NCBI GenBank assembly: GCA_963745075.1
Contig: CAVUWV010000033.1
Span: 18,451 to 82,450 of the forward strand
Reading direction: 5' to 3'
Length of the DNA: 64,000 nucleotides
Source: Candidatus Hydrogenedentota bacterium
GTDB taxonomy: Bacteria; Hydrogenedentota; Hydrogenedentia; Hydrogenedentales; SLHB01
The notes below the pieces were generated by a model that was not told where the DNA came from, ran no database searches, and was given only the letters and a program-made list of their open reading frames with translations. The number at the start of each line of letters is the position of its first letter. Position 1 is the first letter of the stretch. Both the position numbers and the translations under genes were made by a program. Positions 9,732 to 19,189 of the stretch are shown here, one piece after another.

Positions 9732-11215
9732 GCCGGGGATTGTGGCTCCACCGCGTAGATCACGATTCGCGCCGCGGGGTAGGGCGACAGATCCGCTTTC
9801 AAGAGCCGCAGACCCTTCGGTGCGTTGGCGGGATCCAGCAACGGCTTCAGGCCCGGAATCATCTTCGTGGAGTAGCGTTCATCCACGACGAGATAGCGCG
9901 CGCCCGCTTCTCGTGCTCTCGCGACAATCTGGGGCAAAGTTTCGTTGGCGGCGGGGCCGGTGGAGGGCATTCCCGCGTAGAACCCGACCTGGGGTTTGCG
10001 GCACAGAATCAGTCCCGGCTCGAGATGCTCCTTCATCCATTCGCCCGCGAGTTTGTATTCCACCGGCTGGTACGACATTCGTCCGAACAGCGGCGGAACC
10101 GTATTGGCCGCCAGTCCGAACCCGAGAAGCAGAACCAGCGCCGCGATGGGCAAGGCCTGGACCCAACGGGACCGGTGCCGTTCCACCGCGCGCAGGGTCG
10201 TGAGCGCGATGCCGCGTGCGGACCACAGGCTGAGGACAATCGCCACGTTCATCACGTAACGCGGTTCGGCATAGGTACTCAGTCCCGCCAGGACGAATTG
10301 CACGCCGGCGAAGGCCGCAACCATCCATTCGAGCCGCGTATCGCGCCGGGCTCCTCCTGCCATGAAGAGTCCTGCCCCCGCAAAGAGCAGAAAGAAGGGT
10401 CCCAGCATCACAGGCAGGACTTGGCCAAACAACGCCAGAAATGCCTTGGCGGTGTCGGCGCCGCGCTCGACGAAAACGTACTGCAAGGTAGAGGCATTGG
10501 CTCGCGAGGTAACGACTGCTTCGCCGGTCACGAGGCGCATGAACACCGCGTAAAGTCCAAGCCAGAAAACGCTCAGTATCACGAAGGGGATCAAGCGCGA
10601 GGCCCGTGCGCCCTGTTCGCGGTCCTGAAGAATCAGCGCCACGAACGGAGCCGCAAACCAGAGGAAGATACCTTCGGGTCTCGTGAGATGCAGTCCGAAA
10701 CACAGCGTCGCCGCGAGGTAGGGCCAGACGCCGCCGGCGCGGATCGTCCGGACCAGGGCCCACAGCGCGCCGAACCAGAGCAAGGACATCAATGCTTCCG
10801 GCGCAACCCGGCAGCCGTAATCCACCAGCCAGGGCCACAGGCAGACGGTCAGTACGGCGACCCGGGCGGATGCCCGGCCGTGCATGGCTTCTGAAAAGCG
10901 ATAGACGGGCCAAACCAGCAGAACGGAAGCGAACAGGGAAACCAGGATGGCCGCCCACTCCAAATCGGGAACGATCAGCCCGGCCAGGGCCGTCAGGGCG
11001 GGGTAGAGGACGGGAATCCGCGCGTAGAAATCGAGGAAATGGCCGTCGGAAAAGCGGCGCGCCACCTCCAGGTATTGGATGGAATCGGCGGAATCGATGG
11101 CGCGCGGAGACAGCCCAAGAAAGACGAGCCGGCACGCCAGCGCCGCCGCCATCCACAGCGCTACTTCGCCTCGCTTGGGAAATCTGTTGTCCGTCGCATC
11201 GTTCACGGAGGGCAT
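9728..11215 (-). CDS. GT-C (GT39/ArnT/PMT-2-like) membrane glycosyltransferase
   Basis: DSADSIQY, RIPVLYP, LTRPEG, EPRYV; multiple TMs plus a C-terminal soluble domain. Confidence 0.8.
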   Translation of the reverse strand: MPSVNDATDNRFPKRGEVALWMAAALACRLVFLGLSPRAIDSADSIQYLEVARRFSDGHFLDFYARIPVLYPALTALAGLIVPDLEWAAILVSLFASVLLVWPVYRFSEAMHGRASARVAVLTVCLWPWLVDYGCRVAPEALMSLLWFGALWALVRTIRAGGVWPYLAATLCFGLHLTRPEGIFLWFAAPFVALILQDREQGARASRLIPFVILSVFWLGLYAVFMRLVTGEAVVTSRANASTLQYVFVERGADTAKAFLALFGQVLPVMLGPFFLLFAGAGLFMAGGARRDTRLEWMVAAFAGVQFVLAGLSTYAEPRYVMNVAIVLSLWSARGIALTTLRAVERHRSRWVQALPIAALVLLLGFGLAANTVPPLFGRMSYQPVEYKLAGEWMKEHLEPGLILCRKPQVGFYAGMPSTGPAANETLPQIVARAREAGARYLVVDERYSTKMIPGLKPLLDPANAPKGLRLLKADLSPYPAARIVIYAVEPQSPA

Positions 11216-11280
11216 GCTACGGCCACGTGGCAGTGAAATCAATTGGTTCGAATTCAGCAGGTAGAAAGACGAGACAGCAC

Positions 11281-11370
11281 TATGGACGCTATGGACAAAA
11301 TGGACGCTATGGACGCAGTAGTTTCCTATCCGATTCGTCCATATTGTCTATGTCGTCCATGCTGTCGATA
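11281..11370. repeat. 9-bp periodic repeats in inverted arrangement
   Basis: 4x (t/a)atggacnn at 11281-11316, then 4 degenerate inverted units (gtccat) at 11335-11370. Confidence 0.75.
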
Positions 11371-11409
11371 CTGCTCCGTGATTTGTGGGGGGCGTTCTTA
11401 GCATCGGGA

Positions 11410-12711
11410 CTACGACGTGATGTAGGTGTCGATGGCCTCGCGCAACGTCTTCAGGATCCATGCGCGCTTGGCGTCGTCGGTTTCCAGGAGCGTCATGCGG
11501 AACCCATCGTGATTGCACTGGAACCCTGTCAACGGCACCACGACGATCCCCGTCGATCCCATGAGGTAGTAAACGAACCGCTTGTCCGGCGCCACGTTCT
11601 TGACCAGCTCTTCGATTCGCGCTTTGATCTTTGGGTCGGCGATGGCAAGCGTCTGGTTCTGGTTCAATACCCCGTCTTTGAACATCACCGTGAAGTAGAA
11701 GGCGCCGCCGGGTTTATTCGTGATGACGGCGTCACACCCTTCAAAGGCAGCCATGGCTTCGTTGGCGCGCCCGTCGAACAGGGTTTCGCGTTTGGTCAAG
11801 TGGTCCAAATACCGCGCGTCGCCCATGACCAGCGGGATGGACATTTGCGGCATGGTGGTGGACGAGACTTCAAGCCGTTTGGCCGCCAGCAGGCTGTTCA
11901 CATAGGTCGCGAAGTTTTCGTCCTTGTCCTTGTTCAACACTTCGAGCCAGCCGCAGCGGGAGCCGGGCCACGGATACTCCTTACTGATGCCGCGCATGGC
12001 GATGGCCGGCACGTCGCCGATCCATTCGCTCATGTGCAACCGCGGGCCGCCGTTGTACACGATGTGCACGTAGATCTCGTCCGTTACCATGAACAATTTG
12101 TGCTCGCGCGCGATCTGCGCGATCTCTTCCAGCAGCTCCCGGGGATACACGGCGCCCGTCGGGTTGTCCGGAGACAGGATCAGAATCCCCGCGATGGAGT
12201 CGTTGTACTTGACCTTGTTGCGGATGTCGTCCACGTCCGGCAGCCAGCCATTATGTGGGTCCAGGTTGTACGTGACGTGGTTGTACCCCGAGTGGGCTGC
12301 TTCCGCTGAGGAATGGGTGCTGTACGCGGGCGAAGGTCCCAGCACGCGCGCTTCCCGGCGCAGGAAGCCGTAGACCTTGCTGACCGCGTCCCCGAGACCA
12401 TTGAAGAACAGGATGTCGTCGGCGGTAACGTGGACGCTGCCTTCGCGCGCGTTCACGTGGGACGCGAGAAACTCGCGGGTTTCCGGCACGCCCGCGGAAT
12501 CGCAATAGCCCCAGGCGTCGTGGCGTTCCACGAGTTCGTGGACGATCTCGCGGATCCACGGCGCCACCTGTTCGCCCTTTTGAACCGGATCACCGATATT
12601 TTCCCAGGTAATTTCCTGGCCCATGGCGCGGATCTGTTTCGCCACCGCCACGATTTCCCGGATCTCGTAGCTCAGACTCCCCGCGCCCATATGTACGATA
12701 TTGCGTCTCAT
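11410..12711 (-). CDS. PLP-dependent aminotransferase class I/II (AlaA-like)
   Basis: LSYEIR, ENIGDP, SPDNPTGAVY, DEIY, GISKEYPWPGSRCGW. Confidence 0.9.
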   Translation of the reverse strand: MRRNIVHMGAGSLSYEIREIVAVAKQIRAMGQEITWENIGDPVQKGEQVAPWIREIVHELVERHDAWGYCDSAGVPETREFLASHVNAREGSVHVTADDILFFNGLGDAVSKVYGFLRREARVLGPSPAYSTHSSAEAAHSGYNHVTYNLDPHNGWLPDVDDIRNKVKYNDSIAGILILSPDNPTGAVYPRELLEEIAQIAREHKLFMVTDEIYVHIVYNGGPRLHMSEWIGDVPAIAMRGISKEYPWPGSRCGWLEVLNKDKDENFATYVNSLLAAKRLEVSSTTMPQMSIPLVMGDARYLDHLTKRETLFDGRANEAMAAFEGCDAVITNKPGGAFYFTVMFKDGVLNQNQTLAIADPKIKARIEELVKNVAPDKRFVYYLMGSTGIVVVPLTGFQCNHDGFRMTLLETDDAKRAWILKTLREAIDTYITS

Positions 12712-12974
12712 GAATGCTCCAACCTGTCGATTACTGCCATGCCCGTTCGATTCGGTGCGTTACACCCCTGATCCCCATTCGGCGGAAAACGGTTTCATTG
12801 CTGGGACAGAAAGTATGCGCACGGGCCGGACCCGGCAAGTGAATAGCCCGATATGCTACGGGGATTCGGGGGAGAATTCAATGTCGGTGATGGAGGGAAG
12901 TAGTGCGGATTGGAGGTGGACTGGGGCGGGGGGAATAGGGAATCATTCGTTAAGTCGCGATCCTTCCCCCTGCC

Positions 12975-14006
12975 TCACGTCTCCCAGTCCGTGAACCGCC
13001 TTCTTGTCAGAAGGTACAAGAAGAACGGCGCGCCGATCAGCGACGTAATGATCCCAATCGGCGTCTCCCCGGTCATGAATTTTCGGGCAACGATGTCGCA
13101 GGTGCAGAGGAAGGCGCCGCCGGCGACCATGCTGACCGGCATGAGTACGCGGTGGCGAGAGCCGGTGACGGTGCGGACGGCGTGGGGGACGATGAGTCCG
13201 ACGAACCCGATGGGACCAACCTTGGACACGATGATGCCGGTCATGAGGGAGCACACGAGGAAGGTGGTCAGTTGCAGGCGGCGGACATTGACGCCGCGGC
13301 CGGCGGCCATCTCTTCGCCGAACCCGAGTTGGTCGAACTTGGGGGCTTGTGCGAGGAGCACGATGGAGCAGGGGACCACGCCGATGAGCAGCGTCACGAC
13401 GGGCTCGAAACCGATCACGTCGACGCCACCCATGAGCCAGCGATCCATGTTGACCAATTGTTCGGGCCTTGCGAGGTAGCGCAGAAAGAGGATGCCGGAA
13501 CCCGCAAGCAGCCCCAGCGTCACGCCAGCGAGCAGCAGGACGGACGGCGCCATGCGGGTTTTCCGCGTTGCCATTCCGTAAATCAGGAGCACGTCAAACG
13601 TGGCGAAGGTGAAGGCCGAGGCTTGCACGTGGGAGAACCCGGCGAATTCGAAGGTGGACAGGCTGGCCGTGCTGAAGATCGTCGCGGCGAAGGCCCCGAA
13701 GGCGCCAAAGCTGTCGATGCCGAGGGTATACGGTGTCGCCAGGGGGTTGCGCAGAAGGGCCTGAAACGAACACCCAGCCAGCGTGAGACCGCAGCCCACG
13801 ATCAGCGCCACGAGCGTACGCGGCAGGCGCTGGTTCACCAGAATGCTGAGCGCGGGGGAGTCGTTTAGCGTCGCGCCCGCCCGCCATTCGGCGAGGATTC
13901 GGGCGACGCTCAGGTTCTCGGTGCCGATCAGAAGGCTCGCAAGTACCAGCAACACCGAGCCGACGGCAACTGCGACGGTGAGACCTGTGCGCGTTCGGCG
14001 AATCAT
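12975..14006 (-). CDS. FecCD/BtuC family ABC permease
   Basis: QRLPR, QALLRNPLATPYTLG, GPIGFVGLIVPH, GAPFFLYLL. Confidence 0.92.
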   Translation of the reverse strand: MIRRTRTGLTVAVAVGSVLLVLASLLIGTENLSVARILAEWRAGATLNDSPALSILVNQRLPRTLVALIVGCGLTLAGCSFQALLRNPLATPYTLGIDSFGAFGAFAATIFSTASLSTFEFAGFSHVQASAFTFATFDVLLIYGMATRKTRMAPSVLLLAGVTLGLLAGSGILFLRYLARPEQLVNMDRWLMGGVDVIGFEPVVTLLIGVVPCSIVLLAQAPKFDQLGFGEEMAAGRGVNVRRLQLTTFLVCSLMTGIIVSKVGPIGFVGLIVPHAVRTVTGSRHRVLMPVSMVAGGAFLCTCDIVARKFMTGETPIGIITSLIGAPFFLYLLTRRRFTDWET

Positions 14007-14806
14007 GTCCGGGTCTCCGCGGGTTCCTCAGCCGTGATAAGCGGTGCGCCGGTCAAGGGATGTTGGCACACGCGAATCGGCGCGTCGTAGGCTTGGGAAA
14101 GCAGCGCTTCCGTCAATACGTCCGCCGGTTCACCGGACGCGATGAGTTCCGTGGACGTGTGGGATAACAGAAACAGTTGATCGCAGAAGCGCGCGGCGAG
14201 GTTCAGATCGTGGGTCACCACGCCGATGCCGTATCCTTCCGATGCCAGTCGCCGCAGTAGTGCAAAGATTTCGATCTGATGGTGCACATCCAGCGCGGAG
14301 GTGGGTTCATCCAGCAACAGCAGGTCCGGCTCCTGCGCCAGCACGCTGGCCAACAAGACACGTTGCCGTTCGCCCCCGGACAGCGACATGAAATTACGGC
14401 TGTGCAGGTCAGACGTTCCGGTGTCGCGCAAGCACCGTTCCGCCACGGTCCGATCGTGCGGTTGCAGCGACCCCAGCGCACCAAGATGGGGGTAACGTCC
14501 CAGACAAACGACCTCGAACACGGTCAGTGAAAACACGGGGTTCACCAGTTGGGGCAGGAATCCCATAATGCGGGCACGCTGCCGGTTGGATACGGTGTTG
14601 AGGCGTTGGTTGTCGATGAATACGTTGCCCATGCGTGGTCGCAGCAATCCCCCCAGCACCCGGAGTAATGTGCTTTTCCCGGAACCGTTCGGACCGACGA
14701 GGCCCGTGATCGCCCCGCTCCGGACCGTTGCCGAAATGCCGGCGAAGACATCCGTGCCCGGCTCGTAGGAGAACGTCACGTTTTCAGAATGAAGCACCCG
14801 CGTCAT
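14003..14806 (-). CDS. Iron-chelate/cobalamin ABC ATP-binding protein
   Basis: GPNGSGKST, LSGGERQRV, DEPTSALD, THDLNLAARFCD. Confidence 0.92.
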   Translation of the reverse strand: MTRVLHSENVTFSYEPGTDVFAGISATVRSGAITGLVGPNGSGKSTLLRVLGGLLRPRMGNVFIDNQRLNTVSNRQRARIMGFLPQLVNPVFSLTVFEVVCLGRYPHLGALGSLQPHDRTVAERCLRDTGTSDLHSRNFMSLSGGERQRVLLASVLAQEPDLLLLDEPTSALDVHHQIEIFALLRRLASEGYGIGVVTHDLNLAARFCDQLFLLSHTSTELIASGEPADVLTEALLSQAYDAPIRVCQHPLTGAPLITAEEPAETRT

Positions 14807-15699
14807 GGCGTGGGGGTTTCCGCATCTGGGTGCAGCCAGCGCGCCATCTGCACCGCAATGAGCGCGATCCGTGGCCCGGGCCGCAAGGCGTAGGAGTCTT
14901 CGAACATGTAGATTCTGTCGTGTTCCACGGCCGGTAGCGACGGCAGCGCGTTCCAGTCGTCACGATACCGTTGCAGTTCTTCCTTGGAGAGGTTTTCGCC
15001 GGCGTGAAACTCGATGATGATGTCCGGCGCGCGCAACACCACCGACTCTTTTGACGCCTCAAAGTAGTCTGTGGCTTGATCGCCAAAAATGTTTTCCCCG
15101 CCCGCAACGTCCAGCATTTCGGATAAGAACGACTTATTGCCGACGGTGAACAGATTATTCAGATCGTGGCTGGACCGCGTGTTGATGAGCAACACCTTCG
15201 GCTGGGGAAGGCCGGCCACCGCGTTACGAACGGCGTCAAGTTCACCCTGGATACGATTCCAAAGCGCGGCCGCCTTATCCGGACAGCCCAGAGCGTCGCC
15301 AATGCGTTCGATGCCCGACTGGATGGTCGCCAGATTGTCCATGTGGGCGTGCAGCACGGGAATGCCGTTCTGTTTTGCGAGATCCGCGACTTTCTCGTGC
15401 TGGCCCGGGAGAATGATCAGTCCCGGCGCCAGCATGGTGATCTTTTCCAAGTTTGGATCGATATATCCGCCCACGACCGGTAACGATTTCACCTCCGGCG
15501 GATAGTCGCTGTACGACGATACAGCGATGACCCGGTCCCCCTGACCCAGCGCAAATACCGTTTCCGTAATGTTCGGCGACATCGTAATGATGCCATGCCG
15601 CGCGTGTGACGTATCGTTGGTCTTGGGCGAACACCCCGCGCATGCCCACAGCATTCCGAGCATGACGCACAAGCCACTGCTCAGAATGCCACGGTGCAT
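14803..15699 (-). CDS. BtuF-like periplasmic binding lipoprotein
   Basis: Lipobox CAGC; SPNITETVFALG, SDYPPE, RPGPRI. Confidence 0.85.
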   Translation of the reverse strand: MHRGILSSGLCVMLGMLWACAGCSPKTNDTSHARHGIITMSPNITETVFALGQGDRVIAVSSYSDYPPEVKSLPVVGGYIDPNLEKITMLAPGLIILPGQHEKVADLAKQNGIPVLHAHMDNLATIQSGIERIGDALGCPDKAAALWNRIQGELDAVRNAVAGLPQPKVLLINTRSSHDLNNLFTVGNKSFLSEMLDVAGGENIFGDQATDYFEASKESVVLRAPDIIIEFHAGENLSKEELQRYRDDWNALPSLPAVEHDRIYMFEDSYALRPGPRIALIAVQMARWLHPDAETPTP

Positions 15700-15730
15700 A
15701 TCCGATAGTTCCTTAGGTTGGGTCTCCGCG

Positions 15731-16580
15731 TTAGCGAAGCTTTCCGATACGCACCGCTACGTCGCTGGCGAACCGCCGGATCAGTTCCTGGGCGAAGTCA
15801 GCAGTATCTCGTTCCGTATCCTCGATTAGCGGCGTGAGATCCATGGCGAAGTTGATGCCCGTGGTCACATCCGTCGCGTGAGATGCGTGATACGTGGCGT
15901 GGGCGCGCCGTCGGCCCATCGTGGCGAGGTCGTAACGTTTGCCACCCGCGATTTGCGAATCGAACACGCCCAGCAACGCGGCCTGCAAGTTTTCGTGGGT
16001 CGAGCAATCGAAGGCCACCTTGTCGGTGTCGACCATCCAATCCAAATCGCGCCAGACCTCGCAGCCATACAATGCCTTGGGGCGTTCGTCGGCGGGAAGA
16101 CTCCGGACAGCCTCGATGACCTTCAGCGTGACGCCGACGTGGGTATCGTGCTTGTCCGTGAGGTTGTGCGTGTAGACCACCTCGGGTGTCGTGGCGCGCA
16201 GAATTTTGACGAAATCTTCGACCGGCCGTTTGTCGGATCCGTCCTTGACGGCCTTGCTCGGATAGTCGAGCATCACTTGTGCAGAGTATTCGCCCACGAC
16301 CGCGGCTTTGAACTGCTCCTTGATGCGGACGGTGCGCATCTCCTCATCGGTGTAGTCCTTGTATACGTCATCTCGTGGCGAACCGCTTCCGTCGGTCACG
16401 ACGACGCCGCAGTACCATTGGTCGTCCTGTTGAAAGCACTTGATGATGCCGTCGTACGCCATGATCTCGAGAATCATCCTGATGCGCTCCGATGGCGATA
16501 TGGGTGGTCCGTGCGAGGGCTTCCTCGGCCGGCAAGTGATCGGGCACAAAAACCTGTGCGCCTTCGAGTGTAAACTTCAT
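15731..16580 (-). CDS. PIG-L family deacetylase, +1 frameshift at about 16472
   Basis: IGAHQDD in one frame continues as LEIMAYDG..VTDGSGSPR..HNLTDKHDTH in another; removing one base restores AHQDDLE. Confidence 0.8.
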
Positions 16581-16647
16581 TCTTCCTCTCCTATCCGCCG
16601 TCGTATGAAGCGGTTGCTGTTAAAAACAGGAGTTCATCCCTTCTAGC

Positions 16648-16812
16648 GAAACATCCCCCTTGATCCCCCTTCAAAGGGGGAATTGTACTCAACCCCGTCG
16701 ATTGGTGGTGGTTCCGCGCTACGCGTGAAACCTATGCCTTCGCTCGCCAAGAACACAACGCAAAGGGTTGTACGGAATTCCCCCGTTGAAGGGGGATCAA
16801 GGGGGATGTTTC
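16648..16812. mobile_element. MITE/REPIN-like element family A, copy 2
   Basis: 37-bp terminal inverted repeats with one mismatch (16648-16684 and 16776-16812). Confidence 0.82.
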
Positions 16813-16842
16813 TTACCGTTTTCATAGTCGAACGGTCCTTCC

Positions 16843-18267
16843 TCAATAGCGCGAAATTCTGTCTGGTGTCTGGCCGATCGCCGGCAAACTCGCGGCGGCG
16901 ATGGACTGCCCGACGCGGCGGGCTTTTTCATCCGGCAATTGTACTTCGATCCGTTTGGCCAGTTCCGGGAATTCCGCATTCAGCACCTCGTTGGCGCCGT
17001 TGACGATCAGGTCGCCGCCTTTGCCGGAAGTGCAGCGTCCTAGCACCAACACGTGCTTCAGTTCGTAGAAGTCGGCGTAATGTGCGATTCCGTAGCCCAT
17101 ATAGACGCCCATGCTGCGCCAGATGCTGGTCGCGCCTTCGTGCCCGGCTTCGAGCTTCTCCTGAACCGCTTTCAACTTTTCCGCGTCCGTCACGTCTGCT
17201 GGCAACTCGATACCGGCCTTCGGTGCCAACCGGAACACGCATTGCTGCGAAAAGTACAGCGCGCCGACCCCGGCATCGCCGGACCACTCATCCTTCGGTG
17301 CGTCCGGACTGTAGTCGATGGGCGCGAAGGCCAACTCATTCAACCAGCCCGTAATGTTACCGTCCATGGTAACGTACCCGCCGGCCTCGCTCGAACCGAG
17401 GGCGATCCCCAGAACGCCGTTATCTTCGAGCGACATCGATCCGGCCAGTGCCGTCACTTCGCCGTCATTGACGATCTCGAGCGGCACGCCCATTTCGTCG
17501 CGGATGCGCAGAAAGAGCGTGTGCACCTCTTCGAAGCGATCTTTGGGGATGCCCCGGAACAACGACGCGATCATGGGGCGATTGTTGATGTACACGCCGG
17601 CGGAGCTGCCGCCGATGGCATCCACACGCTCCATCTTGGACGCGGCGGTCTTCAACGCTTTCATCACTTCGTTGTAGTGGTATGTCGGATCCGTCTGCTT
17701 GCGCGGTTCCCAGACCACTTCTTCGCTGAACACGGCTTTGCCCTCAACGACCGCGGACACCTTTCGGTCCGACGCGCCCAGGTCGAACCCGATCCGGCAG
17801 CCGTCCAGGTGACGGCCCAAAGCCTGCGTCGTTTCGTTTTCGGGCGGCACGTCGCCGGCGTCGCAGGGGACAACGGTAAACGTCTGTTCGTAGACGTCCT
17901 CGCCCATGAACGTATAGTCGAATTCGTGTTCACCGCCCGGCGCGTAGACCTTCGCGAGATGTTCGCCAATGCTGTGCGGACCCCCGACGTACACTTTCCA
18001 GCCGCCCCGTTGCCACAGCAGGAATTTCAAGAGCCGCTCCACGTAGAACAAGTTTGCGCCCGCGCGGCCGTGGCCTTCCGGGAACACCACCGTTTCGTAG
18101 CGCGACACCGAGCCGTCGGCCCGTTCCAGACCCAGCACCAGCGGGACCCCCGTCCCGGATGCTTCCACTTCGGCTCGAAACGCCTTGTTCGCCAGCACGG
18201 CAGGACGAAACCCCTCGTCCAGCGGCGGCACAAATCTGGGTTTGACGAGTTTGAATTCTTGAGACAT
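16843..18267 (-). CDS. ROK family protein (sugar kinase-like)
   Basis: IGFDLGASD, NDGEVTALAG, LGSSEAGGY, WLNELAF; ATG at 18267 with ggaagggg RBS. Confidence 0.85.
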   Translation of the reverse strand: MSQEFKLVKPRFVPPLDEGFRPAVLANKAFRAEVEASGTGVPLVLGLERADGSVSRYETVVFPEGHGRAGANLFYVERLLKFLLWQRGGWKVYVGGPHSIGEHLAKVYAPGGEHEFDYTFMGEDVYEQTFTVVPCDAGDVPPENETTQALGRHLDGCRIGFDLGASDRKVSAVVEGKAVFSEEVVWEPRKQTDPTYHYNEVMKALKTAASKMERVDAIGGSSAGVYINNRPMIASLFRGIPKDRFEEVHTLFLRIRDEMGVPLEIVNDGEVTALAGSMSLEDNGVLGIALGSSEAGGYVTMDGNITGWLNELAFAPIDYSPDAPKDEWSGDAGVGALYFSQQCVFRLAPKAGIELPADVTDAEKLKAVQEKLEAGHEGATSIWRSMGVYMGYGIAHYADFYELKHVLVLGRCTSGKGGDLIVNGANEVLNAEFPELAKRIEVQLPDEKARRVGQSIAAASLPAIGQTPDRISRY

Positions 18268-18655
18268 TGAAACGACCCCTTCCAAGGCAAAACGCCTGAT
18301 ACGTAGACGGTTTGCGAGATCATAGCATATGGACGAACGTTGCGGAAAACGCGCGTTAGGCTGTGGGCCTGCGTCATGCAAATGGAATTTGCCGATTTCC
18401 CTCGCCTTTCCGGGGCCTTTATGTACACGAACCTCTACAATTGCAGGATTGAACCGAAAACAAGGGCTTTTCCATGTCCTTCGTCTGGCAATACGTGCGT
18501 GCGTCGTGGTAATCGGGCCTCTTTCAAGATGTGTTCTGGACCAAAGCCAGGAACCGAGGTTGCCCCACATGAATCCGTCAATTAGACCCCTTTCTATTCC
18601 TGAGACCGGAGGATTACATATGACGGATCGCACTGCGGAGCCCAGCTACGGATTC

Positions 18656-18740
18656 CTCCAGGGATTCACGCCAGGGAATCACGCCAGGGAATTGCCCAGG
18701 GAATTCGCGCCCGAGAACACGGCCCGGAGACTTCGCCCGA
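18656..18740 (+). repeat. Degenerate 12-13 bp tandem repeat (ccagggaatcacg-like)
   Basis: ccagggattcacg ccagggaatcacg ccagggaattgc ccagggaattcgcg, then decaying units. Confidence 0.6.
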
Positions 18741-18791
18741 CAATGATGCCCGACAACGGTGTCTCCTACCGTAAACCTGCGGCGGTGCCAA

Positions 18792-19094
18792 GCCGCCGAA
18801 GTGGCCCGAAGGGGTTTAATAACCACCCGGTTCAATCCCACACATACCGTTCGTCAAACGCGACGCCATGCCGTTGCAACAACTTCCGGTGTCGTGTGCG
18901 CGCCTCTTTCTCGATTTTCCGCTTCATTGCCGACGAACCAACAGATCCCCCGTGGATTCGGGATTCGCGAATGGCCTTATTCACCCCCTTCAGGGGATTC
19001 TTGGTGTGGGGCATACCGGAATCCCGGGTAGTCCCACCTTCGGCGTGACAACCCGGGGCTATGAGTATGGAGGCCCTTCGGGCCACTTCGCGGC
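18792..19094. mobile_element. Inverted-repeat-bounded element containing an IS200/IS605-family TnpA C-terminal remnant
   Basis: gccgccgaagtggcccgaagggg (18792-18814) vs cccttcgggccacttcgcggc (19074-19094); minus-strand RKLLQRHGVAFDERYVWD* ending at 18832. Confidence 0.65.
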
Positions 19095-19189
19095 TTCGCG
19101 CCGCCGAGCGTGCGAAGAGCGCACGCCGATGTTGCGGTAATAGGGCCTCTACGTGTTCTGGCGAAAACCCACAAATCTGACGTGGGCTC

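Noticed and set aside
15700..15730. Cobalamin riboswitch for the BtuFDC-like genes
   Set aside because: The gap is only about 30 bp and no B12 box was seen
18268..18633. Long N-terminal extensions in the ORF track (ROK here; also gcvT, nuoM, SBBP, patatin)
   Set aside because: Downstream starts fit RBS and family N-termini better; the gcvT extension would run through the riboswitch
18656..18740. CRISPR array
   Set aside because: Units are 12-13 bp, adjacent, without unique spacers; no cas genes in the window
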